A stretch of 63,810 nt of DNA, filler included, from Chiloscyllium plagiosum (Eukaryota): NCBI RefSeq assembly GCF_004010195.1. It is 5 parts of one record of this genome, joined end to end, with 100 filler letters (N's around TTAATTAATTAA, not from the genome) between each part and the next. Parts side by side here need not be neighbours in the genome. Positions count along the whole stretch, not along the records: positions 27,942 to 45,222 come from NC_057715.1; positions 45,323 to 56,233 come from NC_057715.1; 3 more parts are not named here. One strand, written 5' to 3'. Numbering within the stretch: the stretch's first letter is position 1; every line of letters begins with the position of its first letter. The notes under the pieces are model-generated. The model saw nothing but the letters and a program-made list of their open reading frames with translations. It was not told the origin of the DNA and ran no database searches. This document shows positions 35,905 to 47,548 of this stretch, one piece after another. Both the position numbers and the translations under genes were made by a program.

Positions 35905-38900
35905 AAATGAGATTGCATTTATATGGAACCATCCAGGCTCTCAGACATACTAAAAAACTTTGCAGCCAATACAGTGCTTCGGAAGATCCCACATGCAGCA
36001 ATGTGACACAGACTACATAACCTGTTAGAGCACAGCAAGATCCCACAAGCAGCAATATGACACAGACTACGTAACCTGTGAGAGCACAGCAGGATCCCAC
36101 AAGCAGCAATGTGACACAGACTACATAACCTGTCAGAGCACAGCAGGATCCCAAAAGGATCATTGTGACACAGACTACTTAACCAGTTAGAGCACAGCAG
36201 GATCCCACATGCAGCAATGTGACATAGACTACATAACCTGTCAGAGCACAGCAGGATCCCACAAAGAGCAATGTGACACAGACTACGTAACCTGTGAGAG
36301 CACAGCAGGATCCCACAAGCAGCAATGTGACACAGATTTCATAACCTGTCAGAGCACAGCAGGATCCCACAAGCAGCAATGTGACACACTTCGTAACCTG
36401 TCAGAGCACAGCAGGATCCCACAAGCAGCAATGTGACACAGACTACTTAACCTGTTAAAGCACAGCAGGATCCCACATGCAGCAATGTGACACAGACTAC
36501 ATAACCTGTCAGAGCACAGCAGGATCCCAAAAGCATCATAGTGACACAGACTACTTAACCTGTTAGAGCATAGCAGGATCCCACATGCAGCAATGTGACA
36601 TAGACTACATAACCTGTTAGAGCTCAGCAAGATCCCACATGCAGCAATGTGACACAGACTACATAACCTTTTAGAGCACAGCAGGATCCCACGAGCATCA
36701 ATGTGACGCAGAGTGCATAACCTGTTAGAGCACAGCAAGATCCCACATGCAGCAATGTGACACAGACTACATAACCTTTTAGAGCACAGCAGGATCCCAC
36801 GAGCATCAATGTGACGCAGACTGCATAACCGGTTAGAGCAGAGCAAGATCCCACATGCAGCAATGTTACACAGACTACACAACCTGTTGAGTAGAGCAAG
36901 ATCCCACATACAGCAATATGACACAGACTACATAACTTGTCAGAGCGCAGCAGGATCCCACAAGCAGCAATGTGACACAGACTGCATAACCTGTTAGAGC
37001 ACAGCAGGATCCCAAAAGCAGCAGTGTGACACAGACTGCATGACCTGTTAGAGCACAGCAAGAACCCACAGGCAGCAATGTGACACAGACTACATAACCT
37101 GTCAGAGCACAGCAGGATCCCACAAGTAGCAATGTGACACAGACTTCATAACCTGTCAGAGCACAGCAAGAATCCACAGGCAGCAAAGTGACACAGGCTA
37201 CATAACCTGTTAGAGCACAGCAGGATCCCAAAAGCAGTAATGTGACACAGACTACATAACCTGTTAGAGCACAGCAGGATCCCATGTGCAGCAATGAGAC
37301 ATACACTTCGTAACCTGTCAGAGCACAGTAGGGTCCCACATGCAGCAATGTGACACAGACTACATAACCTGTCAGAGCACAGCAGGATCCCACAAGCAGC
37401 AATGTGACACAGACTTCATAACCTGTCAGAGCACAGCAGGATCCCACAAGCAGCAATGTGACACAGACTACATAACCAGTTTTAGCACAGCAGGATCCCA
37501 CATGCAGCAATATGACACAGACGACATAACCTGTTAAAGCACAGCAGGATCCTACATGCAGCAATGTGACACAGACTACATAACCTGTTAGAGCACAGCA
37601 GGATCCCACAAGTAGCAATCTGACACGGATGACATAACCTGTCAGAGCACAGCAGGATCCCACAAGCAGCAATGTGACACAGACTGCATAACCTGTCAGA
37701 GCACAGCAGGATCCCACAAGCAGCAATGCTACACAGACTACATAACCTGTCAGAGCACAGCAAGATCCCAGAAGCAGCAATGTGACACAGACTACATAAC
37801 CTGTTAGAGAACAGCAGGATCCCACACGCAGCAATGCTACACAGACTACATAACCAGGCAGAGCACAGCAAGATCCCACATGCAGCAATGTGACACAGAC
37901 TACATAACCTGTCAAAGCACAGCAGGATCCCACAATCAGCAATGTGACACAGACTACATAACCTGTTTGAGCACAGCAGAATCCCACATGCAGCAATCTG
38001 ACACAGACGACACAACCTGTTAAAGCACAGCAGGATCCCACAAACAGCAATGTGACACTGACTACATAACCTGTTAAAGCACAGCAGGATCACACAAGCA
38101 GCAATGTGACACAGACTACATAAACTGTTAGAGCACAGCATGCTCCCACATGCAGCAATGTGACACAGACTACATAACCTGTCAGAGGACAGCAGGATCC
38201 CACATGCAGCAATGTGACACAGACGACATAACCTGTTAAAGCACAGCAGGATCCCACAATCAGCAATGTGACGCAGACTACATAACCTGTTTGAACACAG
38301 CAGGATCCCACATGCAGCAATGTGATACAGTCTACATAACCTGTCAGAGCACAGCAGGATCCCACAAGCAGCAATGTGACACAGACTACATAACCTGTTA
38401 GAGTACAGCAGGATCCCACAAGCAGCAATGTGACACACTTCGTAACCTGTCAGAGCACAGCAGGATCCCACAAGCAGCAATGCTACACAGACTACATAAC
38501 CTGTCAGAGCACAGCAAGATCCCAGAAGCAGCAATGTGACACAGACTACATAACCTGTTAAGAGCACAGCAGGAACCCAAATGCAGCAGTGTGACACAGA
38601 CTACATAACCTGTTTGAGCACAGCAGGATTCCACATGCAGCAATGTGACACAGGCTACATAACCTGTTAGAGAACAGCAGGATCCCACAAGCAGCAATGC
38701 TACACAGACTACATAACCAGGCAGAGCACAGCAAGATCCCACATGCAGCAATGTGACACAGACTACATAACCTGTCAGAGCACAGCAGGATCCCACAAGC
38801 AGCAATGTGACACAGACTACATAACCTGTCAGATCACAGTAGGATCCCACAGCAGCAATGTGACACAGACTTCTTAACCTGTCAGAGCACAGCATGCTCC

Positions 38901-41695
38901 CACATGCAGCAATGTGACACAGACTACATAACCTGTTTGAGCACAGCAGGATCCTACATGCAGCAATCTGACACAGACGACATAGCCTGTTAAAGCACAG
39001 CAGGATCCCACAATCAGCAATGTGACACAGACTACATAACCTGTTTGAGCACAGCAGGATCCCACATGCAGCAATCTGACACAGACGACATAACCTGTTA
39101 AAGCACAGCAGGATCACACAAGCAGCAATGTGACACAGACTACATAACCTGTTTGAGCACAGCAGGATCCCACATGCAGCAATCTGACACAGACGACATA
39201 ACCTGTCAGAGCACAGCAGGATCCCACAATCAGCAATGTGACGCAGACTACATAACCTGTTTGAACACAGCAGGATCCCACATGCAGCAATGTGATACAG
39301 ACTACATAACCTGTCAGAGCACAGCAGGATCCCACAAGCAGCAATGTGACATAGACTACATAACCTGTTAGAGTACAGCAGGATCCCACAAGCAGCAATG
39401 TGACACACTTCGTAACCTGTCAGAGCACAGCAGGATCCCACAAGCAGCAATATGACACAGACTACATAACCTGTCAGAGCACAGCAGGATCCCACAAGCA
39501 GCAATGTGACACAGACTACATTACCTATTAGAGCACAGCAGGATCCCACAAGCAGCAATGTGACACAGACTACATAACCTGTTAAAGCACAGCAGGATCC
39601 CACAAGCAGCAGTGTGAAACAGGCTACATAACCTGTCAGAGCACAGTAGGATCCCACAAGCAGCAATGTGACACAGACTACATAACCTGACAGAGCACAG
39701 TAGGATCATACAAGCAGCAATGTGACACAGACTACATAACCTGTCAGAGCACAGCAGGATCCCACTTGCAGCAATGTGACACAGACTACATAACCTGTCA
39801 GAGCACAGTAGGATCCCACAAGCAGCAATGTGACACAGACTACATAACCTGTTAAAGCACAGTAGGATCCCACAAGCAGCAATGTGACACAGACTACATA
39901 ACCTGTTAAAGCACAGAAGGATCACACAAGCAGCAATGTGACACAGACTACATAACCTGTCAGAGCACAGCAGGATCCCAAAAGCAGCAATGTGACACAG
40001 ACTACATAATCTGTTAGAGCACATTAGGATCCCACAAGCAGCAATGTGACACAGACTACATAACCTGTTAAAGCACAGCAGGATCCCACTAGCAGCAATG
40101 TGACACAGACTACATAACCTGTTAGAGCACAGCATGATCCCACATGCAGCAATGTGACACAGACTACATAACCTGACAGAGCACAGTAGGATCCCACAAC
40201 AGCAATGTGTCACAGACTACATGACCTGTTAAAGCACAGCAGGATCACACAAGCAGCAATATGACACAGACTACATAACCTGTCAGAGCACAGCAGGATC
40301 CCACAGGCAGCAATGTGACACAGACTACATAACCTGTCAGAGCACAGCAGGATCCCAAAAGCAGCAATGTGACACAGATGACATAACCTGTCAGAGCACA
40401 GCAGGATCCCACAAGCAGCAATGTGACACAGACTACATAACCTGTTAGAGCACAGCAGAATCCCACAAGTAGCAATGTGACACAGGCTACATAATCTGTC
40501 AGAGCACAGCAAGATCCCACAAGCAGCAATGTGACACAGACTACATAACCTGTTAGAGCACACCAGGATCCCACAAGCAGCAATCTGACACAGACTACAT
40601 AACCTGTCAGAGCACAGCAGGATCCCACATGCAGCAATCTGACACAGACTACATAATCTGTTAGAGCACAGCAAGATCCCACAAGCAGCAATGTGACACA
40701 GACTACATAACCTGTCAGAGAACAGCAGGATCCCACAAGTAGCAATGTGACACAGACTACATAACCTGTCAGAGCACAGCAGGATCCCACAAGTAGCAAC
40801 CTGACACGGATGACATAACCTGTCAGGGCACAGCAGGATCCCACAAGCAGCAATGTGACACAGACTACATAACCAGTTTTAGCACAGCAGGATCCCACAT
40901 GCAGCAATGTGACACAGACTACATAACCTGTCAGAGCACAGCAGGATCCCACAAGTAGCAATGTGACACAGACTACATAACCTGTCAGAGCACAGCAGGA
41001 TCCCACAAGTAGCAATGTGACACAGACTACATAACCTGTCAGAGCACAGCAGGATCCCACAATCAGCAATGTGACATAGACTACATACCTGTTGGAGCAC
41101 AGTAGGGTTTCACATGCAGCAATGTGACACAGACTACATAACCTTTTAGAGCACAGCAAGATCCCACATGTAGCAATGTGACACAGACTACATAACCTGT
41201 TAGAGCACAGCAGGATCCCACAGCAGCAATGTGACACAGACTACATAACCTGTCAGAGCACAGTAGGGTTTCACAAGCAGCAATGTAACACAGACTACAT
41301 AACCTGTTAGAGCTCAGCAGGATCCCACAAGCTGCAATGTGACACAGGCTACATAACCTGTCAGAGCACAGCAGGATCCCACAAGCAGCAATGTGACACA
41401 GACTGCATAACCTGTTATAGCACAGCAGGATCCCACAAGCAGCAATGTGACACTGACCAAATAACACGTTGCTGGTCAAATTGATTCCGAAGCATAAAAT
41501 TGACCAGAACACATGACAATTGTTTGCTTGCTCTTATTCTGAAGGTGTTGGGGATGTTTCGCGTCCACATGAGAGATGGGATGATTTCTCTGACAGTGTA
41601 GCACTCACACTGCAGAGCACCAACCTGGGTTTGGTGTTGAAGTCACCGTCGTGAGATTTCACCGCACAGCCTTCTGCGTTAGAGTGTTACCAACT
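35905..41695 (-). mobile_element. Deu-domain SINE split by an internal satellite
   Basis: SINE tail 35905-35985 (TTGCATTTATAT...GCAGCCAAT) and SINE 5' half 41454-41695 (TGACCA.ATAA...CGTCCAC.TGAGAG...GACAGTGTAGCACTC). Confidence 0.7.
35983..41453. repeat. Satellite/minisatellite array, 54-bp unit, ~100 copies
   Basis: Consensus GCAGCAATGTGACACAGACTACATAACCTGTYAGAGCACAGCAGGATCCCACAA; 18-aa periodicity in minus-strand ORFs. Confidence 0.97.
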
Positions 41696-42050
41696 CAGCT
41701 ACAACTGACAGAAATAAAGGCTGCCTGTTGGGAGTGAAAATAGTTCAACCTAGTTGCACAAGAAAAGAAGCTTACTAGATTCATCAAGCCCAGTCTGGCA
41801 GGTCTGGTAAAATCAGACAAATTGAAAGAAAACATAAACCATCTAGATGAAGTAATTTCCTTCTTTTGGTCATTTTGATGTTCATGTCTGTGCCTGTGTA
41901 TGGATTTCATCCCTGCTGTAGACCAAATTGACACATGCTGCACCACCCCTGATAGCTGTGGAGTATGTTTGTGCCAGCATTGCAAAGTAAGCCTTTACAC
42001 CTTTTTAAAGCTTAACCTTCACACCAGGAAACTATTTAGTAAGATTTCTT

Positions 42051-42252
42051 GATCAGTGGTGCTGGAAGAGCACAGCAATTCAGGCAGCATCCGACGAGCA
42101 GCAAAATCGACGTTTCTGGCAAAAGCCCTTCATCAGGAGTAAAGGCAGACAGCCTGAAGCGTGGAGAGATAAGCTAGAGGAGGGTGGGGGTCGGGAGAAA
42201 GTCGCATAGAGTACAATAGGTGAGTGGGGGAGGGGATGAAGGTGGTAGGTCT
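42051..42252 (-). mobile_element. PLE family 1 terminus with hammerhead motif (42107-42138)
   Basis: CCUGAUGAAGGGCUUUUGCCAGAAACGUCGA on the minus strand; homologous to 29910-30090. Confidence 0.85.
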
Positions 42253-42414
42253 ACCATCCATCGAATGTACTGTTTCAAATGCGACGATCTTGGGAGTCTT
42301 TGGGTCTGACATCTTCAGGAGCTGTTCCAGATGTTCGACATCATTGTGCCGGAAGACAAACTTTGGAACTCCACTGTTCCTGATCCCTTGAATCATAGAA
42401 GCATGGTTCCCGGA
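42253..42414 (-). pseudogene. ALAS: Isolated 54-codon fragment of 5-aminolevulinate synthase (ALAS1 or ALAS2)
   Basis: [54 protein letters not shown]; no other ALAS exons seen in the window. Confidence 0.9.
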
Positions 42415-42639
42415 TACAATAAATGATATTAAGATTTCTTTGCCAGTCGCCGGGTTGCAAATGGGGTCCATTCTGAAATCCCAACTTTTCGGTACACAAT
42501 GCAGGACAATGGAAAGCAGCTGTTTGTAAGTTCGGGAAATGCTCATATATCAGGTCCTTAAAAGTACATGTGTGTGTGGGATCGTGTTTGTAGGTACAAG
42601 CGATTGTAAGTCAAGCATTTGTAAATCAGGGACTCCTGT

Positions 42640-43975
42640 AATCAGAAAACCAGGCTAAGTTGCTGTTGGCATGGGTTTGGATCCCACAGTGGCAGATAAT
42701 GACATTTGAATTAACAAATACCTGGAATTAAAAGCTATCCCAAGAAGACTATAGATTTTTGGCAAGAACCCAATTCTTTCACCGATGTCATCTAGGAAAC
42801 AAAATCTACCAAGATGGCTGTGGTTACTGGAGGTCAGTGATCTCAGCTCCAGGACATCTCTCCGCAGGAGTTCCTCAGGGTAGTATCCTCGGCTGAATCA
42901 CCTTCAGCTACTTCATCAATAATCTTCCTTCCATCATAATGACAGAAGTGGGGATGTTTGCTGATAATTTCATAATGTTCAGCACCATTCATTATTCTTC
43001 AGGTACTGAAACAGTCCATATTCAAATGCAGTGAGACTGGGACAATATCCAGGTTTGAGCTGACAAGTGGTAAGTGACATTTGTGCCACTTAAATGTCAG
43101 GCTATGACTATCTTCAATAAGAGACAATCAACAACCACCCCTTGACATTCAGTGGAGTTACCATCACTGAATCCTCCACTATCAACATCCTGGGCTTAAC
43201 ATTGACCAGAAACAGAACTGGAGTCACCAAATACATACAATGGTTACAAGAGCAGATCAGAGGATAGGAATAATGCAGTATTAATTGACCTCCCCCAAAG
43301 TTTGTCCTCAATCTACAAGGCATAAGTCAAAAGTGTGATGGAATAGTACCCACTTGCCTGGAAGGATGCAGCTCCAACAACACTCAAGAAGCTTGACACC
43401 ATCCAAGACAAAGCAGCCCACTTCATTGGTGCCACATCCACAAGCATCCACTCCTTCCACCATCGACACTCAGTAGCAGCAGTGTGTATCGTCCACAAGA
43501 TGTACTGCAGAAATTCACCAAAGATCCTCAGGCAGCACCTTCCAAACCCACGACCACTTGCAACTAGAAGGGCAAGGGCAACGAATAGATGGGAACACCA
43601 CCACCTGCAAGTTCCCCTCCAAGCCACTAACAATCCTGACTTGGAAATATAATGCCTTTTCTTCACAGTCGCTGGGTTAAAACCCTGAAATTCCCTCCCT
43701 AACAGCACTGCGGGTGTACATATGGCACATGGACTGCAGCAATCTAAGAAGGTAGCTCACCACCACCGTCTCAAGGGCAACTAGTGATGGGCAATAAATG
43801 CTGGCCCAGCCGTGAGACCCATGAGTGAGTTAAAAAACTCCTGACCTGGTTTGTCTTACATGTGACTCTAGACCCTCAGTGATGTGATTGTTCCTTCGCT
43901 GCGTACTGGGCCAATTAGGTACGGGCAATAAAGACTAGCCAGAGACACTCATATCCCATGAATGAATAAAAGAAA
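42640..43975 (+). mobile_element. tRNA-derived SINE split by a LINE
   Basis: Left half ends ...AAATCTACCA; right half resumes TCCT.ACCTGGT...ACATGTGACTCTAGACC. Confidence 0.7.
42815..43836 (+). mobile_element. CR1-clade LINE, 5'-truncated (RT plus 3' tail)
   Basis: GVPQGSILG, FINNLP, MFADN; second copy at 58822-59280. Confidence 0.85.
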
Positions 43976-44667
43976 GTCCTATCTGTCATGTCCTGAACTT
44001 TTGACGTGCCCCCTGAATGACCCTGCCTCAGTAATTATGAGTAATTGACAATACCACCACAAGATTGCTCGAGGGTCTGATGTGCCCATCCAAGAAGATA
44101 AATATAACAGAAAGGCACAAGGTCTTGACAACTTGAACGGTCATTTCTGGGTGTGATTTATTGATCTTGGGTATTACGGGACATTCTAAGAACTGAAAAT
44201 GTTCCAAACAAGAGCAGAGTTTATTTACTTTGGCTTAAGGAACTGCAAACTCTTCAAAGTGCTCTCAAAAGAATCTATTGCTCACCTTCCTTGTCGGCTG
44301 GAGGTAAAACCTGAATTATCCAGAGGCCCGTTCTGTCTTTTCTTGTGCAGAATTGTGCCTGTTGGATCTTTGCGAACTACAGTGTTTGGGAACTGAAATA
44401 TTTTTTCCCACTTTTGCACGAGGAGTCAATAGTTCCTGGGTGAGCTGCAATCAGGAAAACACTCCAATTCATCTAATACAGGATAGCAGCTTATTGTTAC
44501 AAAGCTGCAAACTTTCACATGGGTTTTGAGTGCAGGGTTTAAAGAGAAGAAAAAGGACTTGCATTTATGTAGTGCCTCTTACCACCACAGGCTGTCTCAA
44601 AGTTCTTAACAGTAATGGCAAATTAGGTGCTTTGGAAGTGTGGTCGCTGTTGTAAACAGCATTATAT

Positions 44668-45222
44668 CTTCAAAGTTTGTGCGAAGATATGTAGCTCGGG
44701 TGCTCATTGTTGTGGTTCTGTTCGCCGAGCTGGAAGTTTTTGTTGCAAATGTTTCATCCCCTGGCTAGGCGACATCATCAGTGCTTGGGAGCCTCCTGCG
44801 AAGCTCTTCTTTGATGTTTCCTCCGGTGTTTATAGTGGTCTGTCCCTGCCGCTTCCGGTTGTCAGTTTCAGCTGTCCGCTGTAGTGGTTGGTATATTGGG
44901 TCCAGGTCGATGTGTTTGTTGATGGAGTTTGTGGATGAATGCCATGACTCTAGGAATTCCCTGGCTGTTCTCTGTCTGGCTTGCCCTATGATAGCAGTGT
45001 TGTCCCAGTCGAATTCATGTTGCTTGTTGTCTGCGTGTGTGGCTACTAAGGATAGCTGGTCGTGTCGTTACGTGGCTAGTTGATGTTCATGTATGCGGAT
45101 TGTTAGCTGTCTTCCTGTTTGTCCTATATAGTGTTTTGTGCAGACTGCACAAAACACTACATAGGACAAACAGGAAGACAGCTAACAATCCGCATACATG
45201 AACATAAACTAGCCACGAAACG
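44668..45222. mobile_element. PLE family 3 with GIY-YIG remnant and fold-back at ~45143
   Basis: HYIGQTGRQLTIRIHEH present on both strands; degenerate hammerhead 44745-44784 (-). Confidence 0.85.
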
Positions 45223-45322
45223 NNNNNNNNNNNNNNNNNNNNNNNNNNNNNNNNNNNNNNNNNNNNTTAATTAATTAANNNNNNNNNNNNNNNNNNNNNN
45301 NNNNNNNNNNNNNNNNNNNNNN

Positions 45323-45597
45323 TCTTTCAACCTTCTTCTCTCTAATGAAAACAGCCTCAAGTCCCTCAGCCTTTCCTTGTAAGACCTTCCCTCCATACCA
45401 GGCAACATCCTAGTAAATTTCCTCTGCACCCTTTCCAAAGCTTCCACATCCTTCTGATAATGCAGTGACCAGAACTGTACATAATACTCCAAGTGTGGCC
45501 GCACCAGAGTTTTGTACAGCTGTAGCATAACCTCATGGTTCCAGAACTCAATCCCTCTATTAATAAAAGCTAAAACACTGTATGCCTTCTTAACAAC
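45323..45597 (-). mobile_element. CR1 LINE fragment
   Basis: LYKTLVRPHLEYYVQFW...LERVQRKFTRMLPG. Confidence 0.9.
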
Positions 45598-46699
45598 AAT
45601 CTGTTGCAGATTGTCAGGGGAAAACACATCTGGTTCACTAATGTCCTTTAGGGAAGGGCATTACCATCCTTCCCTGGTCTGGCCTACATGTGACTCTAGA
45701 CCCACAGCAAAGTGGTTGACTCTTAACTGCCTTTTGGGCAATTAGGGATGGACAATAAATGCTGGTCTAGCCAATGATGCCCCCATCCTGTGAATGAATA
45801 GAAAAAAATAGCATCTGAGACCTATGAGTTGCATTGGGATGCTCTGCAGAGGGTTGGTTTGGACTCATGGGCTGAATGGTCTGCTCCCACACTATAGGGA
45901 TTCCTTGTCTTTCTCCTTTGAAAAGTGCAATCTTATATTTTTAAGATCTGAATGCAAATCAAATGAAAGGGACAGCTTTCCAATTACTTGAAAATGAAAC
46001 TTACGAGTTAGAGTAGTAGATGTATTTAATAAGTGGGGTTTATAGGCCACAAAAGAAACAGAGGAACAGTTAGGAAATGAGTTGCATTAGAAAGGTTGGG
46101 CCCACTATCAAATCTGAGATAACAAAGGACAGGAAAGGAAAATGAAAGAGAAAGAGAGAGAGAGAAATTAGATGGAAAGGAAATTTAAGAACCTAAATAT
46201 AAATGAGACTTTAAATTTCATGTTTCTTGAGTTGTTTTGCTGGGGACTATTTTGCCCATTGGCTGACAGACTGAGCTGACCATTCTGGTCAACCAAGTGA
46301 TGGACAGTCAAAAGCTGGAAGCCATTTTGAAACCCAGTTCACCTTTGAATCTAACGGGCATGGACTGGACTACCATTTTGGGGTCTTGGTACAGTTTGCC
46401 CACTTGACACCTAAATGCTGTCAGCAAGGTGTCAGAATTACATTCTGGACCAAAAATATCCCACAAGCTTTCTAAAAACTGAAAGCAGGGTCTGTTCTGA
46501 GGAAGGGTCACGCAACCCACAATGTTAACCCTGACTTCTCTCCACACATACTGCCAGACCTGCTGAGCTTTTCCACTAATTTCTGTTTTTGCCATAAGCC
46601 TTCTATTGTGTCTTAACTGTCTGAGAAGATCCATGTTTATTAATTAGAAAGGAGAACTCTTGCTCCTCCAAAGCCTACAACAACACTTTGAAATTGATA

Positions 46700-46790
46700 G
46701 TGGGCGAGTGTGTGGTGCTGGAAAAGCACAGCAGGTCAGGCAGCATCCGAGGAGCAGGAAAATCGATGTTTCGGGCAAAAGCCCTTCCAG
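46700..46790 (-). mobile_element. PLE family 1 terminal fragment
   Basis: GTGGTGCTGGAAAAGCACAGCAGGTCAGGCAGCATCC; similar short copies at 49191-49274 (TSD CAACTTAATGTT) and 50532-50628. Confidence 0.8.
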
Positions 46791-47090
46791 TGCAGTACAA
46801 AGGGAAAACTCCACTGTCAGCACCGTTACCTTTTTGGATGAGACAATTAACTCAGACAATCCTGCCGTCGCAGATGTTTGTAAATGATTCCATGGCAACA
46901 TTCTAAATAAGAGCAGAAACTTGCATACCAACATTCAAACATGAATACAAATTTGGAGCAAGAGTAAGTTATTTGGAGTCTCGTGTCTGCTTTAATAAGA
47001 TACGATTTGGAGATGCTGGTGTTGGACTGGGGTGTACAAAGTTAGAAATCACACAACACCAGGTTATAGTCCAACAGGTTTAATTGGAAG

Positions 47091-47125
47091 CACTAGCTTT
47101 CGGAGCACTGCTCCTTCATCAGGTG
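47091..47125 (-). ncRNA. Minimal hammerhead ribozyme motif
   Basis: CAC-CUGAUGA-A-GGAGC(AGU)GCUCC-GAA-AGCU-A-GUG. Confidence 0.75.
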
Positions 47126-47513
47126 ATTGTGGAGTACACGATTGTAATACACAGAATTTATAGCAAAATGTTACAATGTGATATAACTGAAAATATACAT
47201 TGAAAAATACCTTGATTGTTTGTTAAGTCTCTCATCTGTTAGAATGACCATGATCATTTCATTTCTTTCATATGTAAATCGCAAAACATTTTTTTGACTT
47301 ACATTCACTTGACTCAAGAGATCACTTGAGAATGTGACTTTTTTTAAAAAAGTTTTGTGATTTACATATGAAGGAAGTGAAACTAACATGGCCATTCTAA
47401 CAGATGATAGACTTATCAAGCAATCAAGGCATTTTTCAATGTATATTTTCAGTTATATCACATTGTAACATTTTGCTATAAATTCTGTGTCTTACAATTG
47501 TGTACTCCACAAC

Positions 47514-47548
47514 CACCTGATGAAGGAGCAGCGCTCCGAAAGCTAGTG
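47514..47548 (+). ncRNA. Minimal hammerhead ribozyme motif
   Basis: CAC-CUGAUGA-A-GGAGC(AGC)GCUCC-GAA-AGCU-A-GUG. Confidence 0.75.

Noticed and set aside
35983..41453. CRISPR-like array
   Set aside because: Units are head-to-tail with no unique spacers; eukaryotic context, no cas genes
35876..41512. Long Cys-rich ORFs (up to 422 aa) with CxxC-like repeats
   Set aside because: By-product of a 54-bp (3n) satellite unit lacking stops in two minus-strand frames; frames switch at indels and there is no gene structure
42133..42546. 137-aa ORF as a functional ALAS gene or exon
   Set aside because: Only 54 codons are ALAS-like, the exon start is missing, the flanks are PLE and target DNA, and no other exons were seen
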